64,000 nt of DNA from Coriobacteriia bacterium (GTDB lineage Bacteria; Actinomycetota; Coriobacteriia; WRKU01; WQUG01), in assembly GCA_009779855.1 (NCBI GenBank), contig WRBC01000004.1, positions 30,769 to 94,768 of the forward strand. Reading direction: 5' to 3'. Both the position numbers and the translations under genes were made by a program. Below, piece by piece: positions 9,453 to 17,031 of this stretch; position 1 is the stretch's first letter, and every line of letters begins with the position of its first letter. The notes below the pieces were generated by a model. The model made no database searches. It was not told the origin of the DNA and was given only the letters and a program-made list of their open reading frames with translations.

Positions 9453-10655
9453 TTAAAGTTTGCTATCCCTGTTCCTTGGAACATGATTTTCCTTGATTTT
9501 CCTAGCGTAACTTTCTTTTGCTTCTGTTATTACAGATGTGAATACTTCTGCGACTTCTTTACCACTGCCAGACACGGTTCGTCCGTATACGTCTAGAGTC
9601 ATAGCACTTGTTGCATGTCCGACTCGCTCTTGTACCTTCTTGACATCGACACCAGCATCAAGTAAGTAAGAGATTTGCGTGTTCCGTGTCTCATGCGTAA
9701 CATAATGAGAAAGTCCGACCTTCTCAAGGTACTCTTTACGCCATCGTGAATAGTTTCGATAGTCGTGCCTATTGCCTATTTGGTCTGTGATAATAGGAGT
9801 TGTTGCCAATTGTTCCGTATCCCATTCAGATAGAATATTTTGTTGTGTCACTTGCCACTCTTTTAAGCATTGCAGCGTATCACCGTCCAAATAAACAAGT
9901 CTCTCCTCACCTGACTTTGTTGACTTGATTTCCATATAGGGAGTTATAGACTGTTTTATAATTATTCCACCATCTTCAAAATCTATATGTCTCCACTCAA
10001 GTCCTAACACTTCTCCAATTCTCACTCCCAATACCGCTGCTAAGCGAACTCCAATTACGCGAGGGTCTGAACTGCCTTCAGATTCTAACGCCGTAAACAG
10101 CTTGCCTAGGTCTGTCTTTTCAAATGGTTGGCGGTTTGGGATATCTCTGCGAGGAGTTTTCAATTTGTTCATGGGGTTTGATAAGCGGTAATCATTAAGT
10201 ACTGCTTCATTCATGATTTGACTGCATTTTTTATGGACAGCAAGCATCGTTGTGTTTCCAAGGTTGTATCTTTTCTTGATTTTGGCAAGAGCCGATTTAA
10301 TGGTTGAGGCATCTAGTTCTTTGATTGCTATGTCACCAATAATAGCGTTCAATCGATTAATGTATAACCGTTCTTGCTCAAGTGAGCCACGACCAACCTC
10401 ATTAGCCTCAATTCTAGCGTCATGCCACATTTGAGCAAACTGACCAAAGGTAGCAGTATCAGCATCTAACCGCATTCCGTTCTCTATTTCCATTCGCAGT
10501 TCAGCAAGCGCACGAGTAGCATCTGCCTTGCTCCCTTTGATGTTTCTATATTTACGGCGGTACTTGCCAGTTAGCGGGTCACGACCATAAGGCTGACAGA
10601 TTTCCCAGCTCTTCTTGCCACGCTTACGAATACTCCCTGCTCCACGACATTTCAT
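9453..10655 (-). CDS. int: tyrosine-type site-specific integrase
   Basis: 400 aa. The N-terminal 'GSIRKRGKKSWEI...DPLTGKYRRKYRN' is an arm-binding-type domain. Catalytic motifs are 'RIGEVLGLEWRHID', 'HETRNTQISYLL' and 'GHATSAMTLDVYGR'. The gene is adjacent to the tRNA. Confidence 0.93.
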   Translation of the reverse strand: MKCRGAGSIRKRGKKSWEICQPYGRDPLTGKYRRKYRNIKGSKADATRALAELRMEIENGMRLDADTATFGQFAQMWHDARIEANEVGRGSLEQERLYINRLNAIIGDIAIKELDASTIKSALAKIKKRYNLGNTTMLAVHKKCSQIMNEAVLNDYRLSNPMNKLKTPRRDIPNRQPFEKTDLGKLFTALESEGSSDPRVIGVRLAAVLGVRIGEVLGLEWRHIDFEDGGIIIKQSITPYMEIKSTKSGEERLVYLDGDTLQCLKEWQVTQQNILSEWDTEQLATTPIITDQIGNRHDYRNYSRWRKEYLEKVGLSHYVTHETRNTQISYLLDAGVDVKKVQERVGHATSAMTLDVYGRTVSGSGKEVAEVFTSVITEAKESYARKIKENHVPRNRDSKL

Positions 10656-10658
10656 AAA

Positions 10659-11828
10659 TTACTCGTCCTTCCCTCTTGGCACAAGTTCACGGTTGTAATA
10701 AACTCGACATTGATCCGAGCAATATCTTGTTTTCTTTGTCATTCTTGCAATAGGTCGCTGACAGTATGCACAAAATGGGTGAGGACTATTGTTCAGAATG
10801 GAGGCAGCCGTGAAAATCAATTCTTCCCATACATTTGTTGCCTTCCCTCTTGTGTACAGATTTCTATTTCTATCAAAGAAGAAGTGAGATGCTGATGTCA
10901 CATGCCTATCAATTAATGTATTGAGTAGAAGCTCCACCAACATTGGGGCGCAGTCACGGATGTAATCTTCGCGCGACTTTTCACTTGAAAGGTCTTTTAT
11001 TTCTTCGGTAAGGTAGATGGTTGCCAATGTATAGTTACCATTTACCTTTTTGGTTGGGTAGTTGTTTTCTAAAAATGGATGCGTGACGGCATTAGGAATG
11101 AAGTCATCCACAAAGTTATCGGTATCGTTTAGCATCAAAACAGACGATGTCAAGACAATGTCTTTAACTCCAGGAGTGTCGGTATCAATATGCTTTTTTG
11201 TGACAGTGATGTTTTCTGCATTTCCAATTAGTTCTGCTGCTTCACTCAAAAGAAAGCCAACAAAATAATTGCCCCTGCTATTTTTTTCAAAGATGAAACG
11301 TTTTCCAATATCGGATGCTATGCCATGAACCTTGGATATGGGCATAATATCTTCTCCGTTATTATCTTTGACATAGATGTTGCTGCCGATTGCTGCCAAC
11401 TGAAGCATTGTTCTTAGGAGTGTTTGAGCGTGGAAGAAGGTAGGCACATCAAAGAAGCGTCTATTCGATTTGCCCTCATTGCGTTCGACTTGTTTTTCCG
11501 TAAGATAGATTGGTTTTGCGCTACGTAAATAGCTTTGCAGATTTTCTTTGGGGGCGAAGAGGTGGGGGATTGAATAGCTTGCTGCATAACGAGATTCAAA
11601 AACAGGCCATTTATAACGCATAAAGTTTTCTAGCTCGCCCCAAGAGTTAACCTTGAGGAACTTTCCTAAAATCTCCCGCTGCTCTTTTTCGCACTCGACA
11701 TTCCAAGATTCATCAGAATCAGCGATTAGCAGCATAACATCTTTGTTAACTGCAAGCAGCTTACTTGGCAAAAGCATGTTACCTCCGTTCGGTGTTACGC
11801 AAAATGGAGTTATTTTTGCGAGTTCCAT
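10659..11828 (-). CDS. hypothetical protein with C-terminal CxxC...CxxxC zinc ribbon (Stl-like position)
   Basis: 389-aa ORF whose stop is 3 nt before the int start, so the two are co-transcribed. C-terminus is 'FCAYCQRPIARMTKKTRYCSDQCRVYYNR'. I recognise no other family. Confidence 0.6.
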   Translation of the reverse strand: MELAKITPFCVTPNGGNMLLPSKLLAVNKDVMLLIADSDESWNVECEKEQREILGKFLKVNSWGELENFMRYKWPVFESRYAASYSIPHLFAPKENLQSYLRSAKPIYLTEKQVERNEGKSNRRFFDVPTFFHAQTLLRTMLQLAAIGSNIYVKDNNGEDIMPISKVHGIASDIGKRFIFEKNSRGNYFVGFLLSEAAELIGNAENITVTKKHIDTDTPGVKDIVLTSSVLMLNDTDNFVDDFIPNAVTHPFLENNYPTKKVNGNYTLATIYLTEEIKDLSSEKSREDYIRDCAPMLVELLLNTLIDRHVTSASHFFFDRNRNLYTRGKATNVWEELIFTAASILNNSPHPFCAYCQRPIARMTKKTRYCSDQCRVYYNRELVPRGKDE

Positions 11829-11831
11829 ATA

Positions 11832-11875
11832 TTGTTACGTAAATATAAGATTATTCGTAACAATAGATTACGTAA
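11832..11875. promoter_or_regulatory. operator-like repeats in the divergent promoter region
   Basis: TTGTTACG (11832-11839) and CGTAACAA (11856-11863) form an inverted repeat. The palindrome TTACGTAA occurs twice (11835-11842 and 11868-11875), 33 bp apart. All lie between the leftward orf389-int and the rightward xis-rep genes. Confidence 0.5.
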
Positions 11876-11932
11876 AAGAATATACCGCAACAGTTGAGGG
11901 TATGTCAAAACGAAAAAGTAAGGAGAGGGTAC

Positions 11933-12163
11933 ATGCAACAGTTAGATGCCAAAGAGCAAGAATCCAAAGTGACTGGGATTTCATCAGAGCTTTCGGATTA
12001 TCCAAAGGTGCTAAGCGTGAAGCAGGCGGCAAAAATACTTACCGTTTCGCCACAAACGATAAGGAAGCTGCTGTACGAAAAGCAGCTACATGGTCGCCTC
12101 GTAGGCAAGCACTGGAAAATTAGATTGTCTGAAATTGACAGGTTTCTTGGAGGTCAATCATGA
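11933..12163 (+). CDS. xis: excisionase-family helix-turn-helix DNA-binding protein
   Basis: 'LSVKQAAKILTVSPQTIRKLLYEKQLHGRLVGKHWKIRLSEIDRFL' is a MerR/Xis-type HTH_17 signature. ATG 11933 follows an AAGGAGAGGG SD; the ORF-track start is 11894. Confidence 0.75.
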   Translation: MQQLDAKEQESKVTGISSELSDYPKVLSVKQAAKILTVSPQTIRKLLYEKQLHGRLVGKHWKIRLSEIDRFLGGQS

Positions 12164-12170
12164 GTAGGCA

Positions 12171-12215
12171 CCTATTAAGACTACGACCCTATTATGTGAC
12201 TTGTGCCATGTGCCA
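12171..12215 (+). promoter_or_regulatory. candidate rolling-circle double-strand origin (nick motif plus short repeats)
   Basis: gACTACGAC at 12179-12187 matches the pMV158-family nick sequence TACTACG/AC in 8 of 9 positions. It is bracketed by direct CCTATTA repeats (12171-12177 and 12188-12194). Tandem TGTGCCA x2 follows at 12202-12215. The site is just upstream of rep. Confidence 0.5.
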
Positions 12216-12236
12216 GACAAGCAGGAGGTTAACAAA

Positions 12237-12821
12237 ATGAGTAAAGCAACCAAAACAAGAAATTGGGCAGGAATTATCTACCCCGATAGTGCGCCATCTG
12301 ATTGGCTAGATGTATTAAAGGACTTGCGCATGAAGGTGCTTGTATCACCCCTGCATGACAAAGATGTAGATGAGGATGGCAATGCCAAGAAGCCTCACCA
12401 TCACATCATTCTTATATTTGATGGGCCGCAAACACAGAATCGTGTTAGTGAAATCTTTACAGCACTCGGAGGAGTAGCAACGATACAGCGTGTAAACTCC
12501 CTTTCCAGCCATACTCGCTATCTCGCTCACCTTGATAATCCTGAAAAAGCACAATACAGCCCTGATGACATCATTGCGTTTGGCGGGATTGATCCTATTG
12601 ATCTTTTGGGATCATCGCGAAGCAGTGCCGAAATGACCGCTCTCATAAATGAGATTTGTGATAAGTGCGCAGAACTTGGGATAGTTGAGTTTTCTAAGTT
12701 GATTGATTACACACGTAAAGAGCAGCCCAATTGGTTATTTTTTGCGTACAACAATGTTCATTTTTTTGACCGTTACTTATCAAGTTGCCGTCACATACGG
12801 AATATGGAAAACAGAAGATAG
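12237..12821 (+). CDS. repB: rolling-circle replication initiator / relaxase-like HUH protein, pMV158 RepB (Rep_2) family
   Basis: 'WAGIIYPDSAPSDWLDVL', 'LVSPLHDKDVDEDG', 'KKPHHHIILIF' and 'HTRYLAHLDNPEK' parallel pMV158 RepB 'YPESIPSDW', 'SPLHDKD', 'KKAHYHVLY' and the catalytic-Tyr 'YLYLTHES'. ATG 12237 follows a GGAGG SD. Confidence 0.85.
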   Translation: MSKATKTRNWAGIIYPDSAPSDWLDVLKDLRMKVLVSPLHDKDVDEDGNAKKPHHHIILIFDGPQTQNRVSEIFTALGGVATIQRVNSLSSHTRYLAHLDNPEKAQYSPDDIIAFGGIDPIDLLGSSRSSAEMTALINEICDKCAELGIVEFSKLIDYTRKEQPNWLFFAYNNVHFFDRYLSSCRHIRNMENRR

Positions 12822-12858
12822 AGGGCATGTTAAAGCCAAGACGATTAGGAGAGTAGTA

Positions 12859-13455
12859 ATGTCTAAGAAAGTAGAAAAGTGGCTAAAGCCAGAAGGCTTA
12901 AAGCAGATTGAGGAATGGGCAAAGCAGGGCATTAGTAAGCACGGCATAGCCCTCATGATGGGTGTTCACAGAACGACCCTTTGGGAGTGGTGCAAAGAAC
13001 ATGAGTCCTTGCGAATTGCCGTAGAGATTGGACGTGAGTATCTTATACAGGATTTACAGTTAGCCCTTTACAATGCTGCTCTTGGTGAAGTTGCAACGGA
13101 AGCCACAGTCATCGAAACCGAAGTTTTCCTAGATGGACGCGAGGCAGTTAGAAAAAGAAATACAACCACCCGAAAAGAGAAGCCAGATACGACTGCTCTG
13201 ATTTTCCTTTTGAAAAACTTGTCGCGCTACCATCCTGTTAGCAATCCAGATGGCTGGTTATCTGATCCTGCTACTCAATTTAGCAGAGAGTTGACAATGA
13301 TGATGAACGGCTTGGTAAAAGCCCCTGAAGTCTTTGCACTGGTGGCAGAAGAAATCAACACCTTGCCAGACTTAGCAGCAGTAACCGCACGCACAATTGA
13401 GAAAAACAATGCCAAATATAAATTAAGTTCAACAGAGGACACTTCAAAAGAATAA
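12859..13455 (+). CDS. terS: phage terminase small subunit-like protein
   Basis: N-terminal HTH 'GISKHGIALMMGVHRTTLWEWCKEH' and central 'LALYNAALG ... KPDTTALIFLLKN' resemble the TerS family motif (PDTTAxIFWLKNR). ATG 12859 follows an AGGAGAG SD; the ORF-track start 12703 overlaps rep. Confidence 0.65.
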   Translation: MSKKVEKWLKPEGLKQIEEWAKQGISKHGIALMMGVHRTTLWEWCKEHESLRIAVEIGREYLIQDLQLALYNAALGEVATEATVIETEVFLDGREAVRKRNTTTRKEKPDTTALIFLLKNLSRYHPVSNPDGWLSDPATQFSRELTMMMNGLVKAPEVFALVAEEINTLPDLAAVTARTIEKNNAKYKLSSTEDTSKE

Positions 13456-13772
13456 TCCGACAAATCCGACACCAGAAAAGGGCGCACATCACAATCGGTT
13501 GCTTTGAGGTATATTGTCATTGAATGCGATAATTGCTCCTGCAGAAAATAATCGAGTTAGTCGCCCAATGTGTCTAAGGATCGAGAGAAATAGTGAACAC
13601 TTGCAAAAGGTGTACATCACCACATAGCTCCAAGAGTATGTATAACCGCACTGCCAAAGGTACTATCTGTGAGAAAACAGGTCGTGATGTTACGGACAGT
13701 TCATTCAAGTGGATAGAAAATAATCGCTGTGAAAAATACATTGAATGTTCTTGCATCAGCACGATTTGTAGC

Positions 13773-13967
13773 CTATGTGCTGCGCCAGAAAAATAGCGGG
13801 AAACTTGTGGAAATAAACATCACACCCACTGTCATGGCTGCGAAGTCATTAACTACTGTGTGAGATTTAGACCAAAAGAATAAATGACGCAGTTCATGTG
13901 GTGGTGCGCCAGAGTACAGGGAGTGCTTGCTGTTCTGCACATCTTCTCGTTCCTGCGTACAGAACAT
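13773..13967 (-). CDS. small ORF with HEXXH motif (possible remnant of an ImmA/IrrE-like metallopeptidase)
   Basis: 64 aa, preceded by a strong GGGAGGAA SD 7 nt before the ATG. It contains 'PPHELRHLFF' (HEXXH). It is too short for a full peptidase and the surrounding ~1 kb is coding-poor. Confidence 0.3.
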   Translation of the reverse strand: MFCTQEREDVQNSKHSLYSGAPPHELRHLFFWSKSHTVVNDFAAMTVGVMFISTSFPLFFWRST

Positions 13968-14230
13968 AAGAGATTCCTCCCGTAAAGAGTAGACTGCTGC
14001 TATCGCGGACTAGACATCTACTCCCCACTCCCCGTGTGTACATTTTAGCAAGATTTTCTTCTATGGCAGTTTCGCCTACCTCAATATATTAAGCTCTGTA
14101 ACGGCTTCTGCTTAAACCCCATCCTTTTTGCTTGCTTCACAAGCTCGACAACTCGGGGGATATTATTGGTTGATAGTTGGCAGGTGCTGATATACGTCTT
14201 CGACGCTGTAGCCTTGCGCTATAATCGTAT

Positions 14231-14355
14231 CTGCCTTAACTGCTGGAGACAGTAGACTAACAACTTCATACTTGTGTCAATCACACCATAATGGGGCGTA
14301 ATCCTCATAACTTGGTGTGGTTGCAGTTTTCTGTTTCCCGCAGCAGTTAAGGCAG
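14231..14355 (+). promoter_or_regulatory. structured leader: perfect 15-bp long-range stem enclosing a 7-bp hairpin
   Basis: CTGCCTTAACTGCTG (14231-14245) is the exact reverse complement of CAGCAGTTAAGGCAG (14341-14355). The inner pair is CACACCA (14283-14289) / TGGTGTG (14313-14319). TATAAT at 14220-14225 lies just upstream and the cargo operon starts at 14433. Confidence 0.4.
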
Positions 14356-14432
14356 GGGATTGCGCCTTCTTGTCTGTTTTTGTGCGCTTACCCTTGCTCT
14401 GTTGATAAAGCAACTGAAGGGAAGTGATCGTT

Positions 14433-14885
14433 ATGTCTACTAAGAAGCCTAATGCCAATCCAAGTCCTGGACTTAATATAGCAACCTTAAAGAAGCCGTT
14501 TCTGATTTCTTTTACTGCCTCTTTCGTGGCTATGGTGGTGTTTGTGCTTGGGTTTTTCATTTGGCAAGGTGGCAGAATCCCTTTTGGTGGGCTGCTCTAC
14601 TTTGTTGCTCTATCGTTCGTTATATGTTGGATTGTATCTCTGCCAATTAGCGTTGCAAGCATAGTGCTTAAAAGACCAGTTCTTATTGCTTTCGTTGTTG
14701 CGTATCTTGTGTTGGCAATCTTTTTGTTTAGTAGACCCATAGGATTTGTTGAACTCACTATAGCGTTTGCTATTTCCGCAGTCATTCTTTTGCTTGTTTT
14801 TGTACCAATCGCAAAAAAGAAATACTCCAGTGAAAAGTCGAAAGAAGATATTGTGGCAATGTTGAAAGACATTGACTCCGATTAG
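14433..14885 (+). CDS. small integral membrane protein (about 4 TM segments), unknown function
   Basis: About 150 aa with four hydrophobic stretches ('FLISFTASFVAMVVFVLGFFIW', 'LLYFVALSFVICWIVSLPISV', 'VLIAFVVAYLVLAIFLF', 'LTIAFAISAVILLLVFVPI') and a charged C-tail. It is the first gene of the cargo operon. Confidence 0.6.
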   Translation: MSTKKPNANPSPGLNIATLKKPFLISFTASFVAMVVFVLGFFIWQGGRIPFGGLLYFVALSFVICWIVSLPISVASIVLKRPVLIAFVVAYLVLAIFLFSRPIGFVELTIAFAISAVILLLVFVPIAKKKYSSEKSKEDIVAMLKDIDSD

Positions 14886-14904
14886 GCTTGTGATAGGAGG
14901 ATAA

Positions 14905-15453
14905 ATGAAAATAGCAACTGTAAAAGCAAGCGGCAAGGTCATCGACTTCAAAGATAATGTGTTTTTGATTGATGGTCAGAGTGCTGCCAAAAGTCGGATT
15001 GAGGAATACGATCGTCTGGGTGTTCTTGAATGGGCAAATAGTGAAGTCCGCGACTATGCTTTGAGCAGCCAATCAGCAACTGTTGCTGTCAACACAAGAC
15101 ATGCCCCATTAGGTACGACAATAGAAACTGGCAGTAGTGATGCGGCTTGGTCGAAGTACATTGTCATTGCCATAACAGTGATAGTTATTGGTGTTGTAGG
15201 AGCATTTGCTATCAGTTGGTACATTGATGAGCAGTCCATACAGACTGGTCATGTTGTAGAAGTATTTTCGCACGATAGAAGCACTGGAAATAGATACGTT
15301 ATTGTTTCTGATAATAATAGCAATAGGGGTCATCTTGCGAGGACTCACCGTGATGTTTCAGTTGGTGACACAGTGCGCTTTAGGTTACAGGATGATAGTG
15401 CGAGGCGAGCCAGCATGGGCTTAACAGATATAACAATCATTTCTGTAAGATGA
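14905..15453 (+). CDS. single-pass membrane protein, paralog 1 (shared N-module, TM, small beta-rich C-domain)
   Basis: GGAGG SD upstream. The N-terminal 43 aa align without gaps to paralog 2 (F15, F20, DGQ23-25, EYD34-36, LG38-39, LEW41-43). The TM is 'YIVIAITVIVIGVVGAFAISWYI'. Confidence 0.65.
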   Translation: MKIATVKASGKVIDFKDNVFLIDGQSAAKSRIEEYDRLGVLEWANSEVRDYALSSQSATVAVNTRHAPLGTTIETGSSDAAWSKYIVIAITVIVIGVVGAFAISWYIDEQSIQTGHVVEVFSHDRSTGNRYVIVSDNNSNRGHLARTHRDVSVGDTVRFRLQDDSARRASMGLTDITIISVR

Positions 15454-15489
15454 CAAGATAAAGAGTGCATAAGCAGGAAGGGTGGCAAA

Positions 15490-16056
15490 GTGGAAATAGC
15501 AAAGCTCACAGGCACAGAAAAAGTATTATGTTTCGACAAGGGAACATTTAGTCTTGATGGTCAAGTGATTGATGCAGCAAAGTTAGCAGAGTATGACAAT
15601 CTCGGTATCCTTGAGTGGAAAAGTGATGAGTTGCAGCTGCTTGCGTACTCAATGATTCAAAACACCACAACAAATGCGCCTGCAGCAGATGCGTCAAATG
15701 CTCAATCTCAACAGCAGAACCAAGGCGGTTTTAGCGGAGAACGTGATGGACGCATATATCTCAATGATGTAGACATCACCAATGAAGACCCTTACTGGCA
15801 AGAGGAGTTTATTAAGATATATCAGAGCAAGGGTAGCTATACAGGAAAGTTCAACTGGGCTGCATTTCTTGCGGGGGCATTTTGGTTCTTTGCTAAAAAC
15901 TTGCCTGTTGTTGGCTTGATTTGGACTGCGGTAGCCATTGTTGGCGGTCTATTGACTGCCAGCGTTTTAGCGATAGGTGTATGGATACTTGCTGGTTTTA
16001 GGGCAAACTACATCAGATATAAAAAGGTTATCGAACACACAGAAATCTACTTCTAG
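15490..16056 (+). CDS. membrane protein, paralog 2 (shared N-module, Q/N-rich linker, DUF2628-like 2-TM C-domain)
   Basis: GTG start after a GGAAGGGTGG SD. N-module is 'FSLDGQVIDAAKLAEYDNLGILEWKSDE'. The C-terminal 'KFNWAAFLAGAFWFFAKNLPVVGLIW' resembles DUF2628. Confidence 0.65.
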   Translation: MEIAKLTGTEKVLCFDKGTFSLDGQVIDAAKLAEYDNLGILEWKSDELQLLAYSMIQNTTTNAPAADASNAQSQQQNQGGFSGERDGRIYLNDVDITNEDPYWQEEFIKIYQSKGSYTGKFNWAAFLAGAFWFFAKNLPVVGLIWTAVAIVGGLLTASVLAIGVWILAGFRANYIRYKKVIEHTEIYF

Positions 16057-16065
16057 GAGAGCTGA

Positions 16066-16998
16066 ATGAAAAAGCAAGTGGCAACATTTATCGCAGGATC
16101 ATTTTCTAACGTTGGCGAAGGTTTGTGGCGAGACGATAGAGGTGCATACTTTGTCGGTGGTGAGATGCCAATATCTACAGAGCGCATCGAAGAAATGGAC
16201 ACTCTAGGAGAACTGGAGTGGCTTTCTGGTGAGAGGTTAATGTTGTCACCTAGTGAGGCGGCTAGTGAGCAACAAGCTCATGAGAAGCCCCAGAATACAA
16301 TCGGTGAAATAGGCTTCACAGAAGCAGAGGAAGTCGCAGAGGAGGCTTCTGCTGCTGCGATAGAGCCTAAAGCATCAGCACAAGAAGAAACATCAAGTAC
16401 AAAAAAGAAGAAACTATCTTTGATTGCAGCTATTGTAGCCGCTGTAACCATCGGCATAGTTGCTGCTGTGCTTCTGTTGGGTCAGACTAGCGATGAATCT
16501 ACTGGTGAGCCACCAGTTGTTATTGACATGTCTGACCTGGGATTATCAGAACCAGAGGATGCTCCCGAACCAGAGCCTGTAGAAGAGCAAGAGCTAGGGG
16601 AATCTGCGCTGGAGTCAGAACCTTCCTTTTACGGCGTTACAGATGAGCAGTTTGACAGAGAGATGGGTGAAGCTCGCTCTGACATTGAATATTACGGACG
16701 CTATGCTGACGAGTTCTTCCCAGAAGAAGGATTTTACGGAATATGGGTATCAGCTAGTAGAGATAGGATAGAAGCAGAAAGAACACTCACCCAAGTTCTT
16801 GATAGACTGTTTGAAAGTGAAGGACTAGGTGCTGGTCTTGTTACTACAAGTTCTTGGAGTAACCTTAACCCAGATGTGTGGCACGCTGTTTGTGTCGGGC
16901 CATTTCTTTCTCAAGCAGAAGCTGAAGCAGCACTAGCAGCTGTAAGGGCAGCAGGATATAGTGATGCTTACGTTAAGTTTAGTGGGGCGATACGGTAG
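16066..16998 (+). CDS. single-pass membrane protein, paralog 3 (shared N-module, acidic linkers, TM, SPOR-like C-domain)
   Basis: N-module 'RIEEMDTLGELEWLSGE' is offset by 9 aa. The TM is 'LSLIAAIVAAVTIGIVAAVLLLG'. The C-terminal 'FYGIWVSASRDRIEAERT...WHAVCVGPFLSQAEAEAALAAVRAAGYSDAYVKF' follows the SPOR peptidoglycan-binding pattern. Confidence 0.65.
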   Translation: MKKQVATFIAGSFSNVGEGLWRDDRGAYFVGGEMPISTERIEEMDTLGELEWLSGERLMLSPSEAASEQQAHEKPQNTIGEIGFTEAEEVAEEASAAAIEPKASAQEETSSTKKKKLSLIAAIVAAVTIGIVAAVLLLGQTSDESTGEPPVVIDMSDLGLSEPEDAPEPEPVEEQELGESALESEPSFYGVTDEQFDREMGEARSDIEYYGRYADEFFPEEGFYGIWVSASRDRIEAERTLTQVLDRLFESEGLGAGLVTTSSWSNLNPDVWHAVCVGPFLSQAEAEAALAAVRAAGYSDAYVKFSGAIR

Positions 16999-17031
16999 GT
17001 ATCTTGCAGTCTCTTGGATGAGGAGTCGATT

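Noticed and set aside
11653-12123. 156-aa + strand ORF overlapping the 5' end of orf389, the divergent promoter and xis
   Set aside because: It is antisense to a better-supported gene and crosses an AT-rich promoter region. It shares no frame with the SD-preceded xis start at 11933.
14219-15539. A series of minus-strand ORFs (14219-14560, 14597-14872, 14610-14951, 14782-15072, 15054-15239, 15109-15348, 15345-15539) antisense to the cargo operon
   Set aside because: They overlap one another, lack SD sequences and mirror the hydrophobic + strand genes. The + strand ORFs each have a good SD and tight operon spacing.
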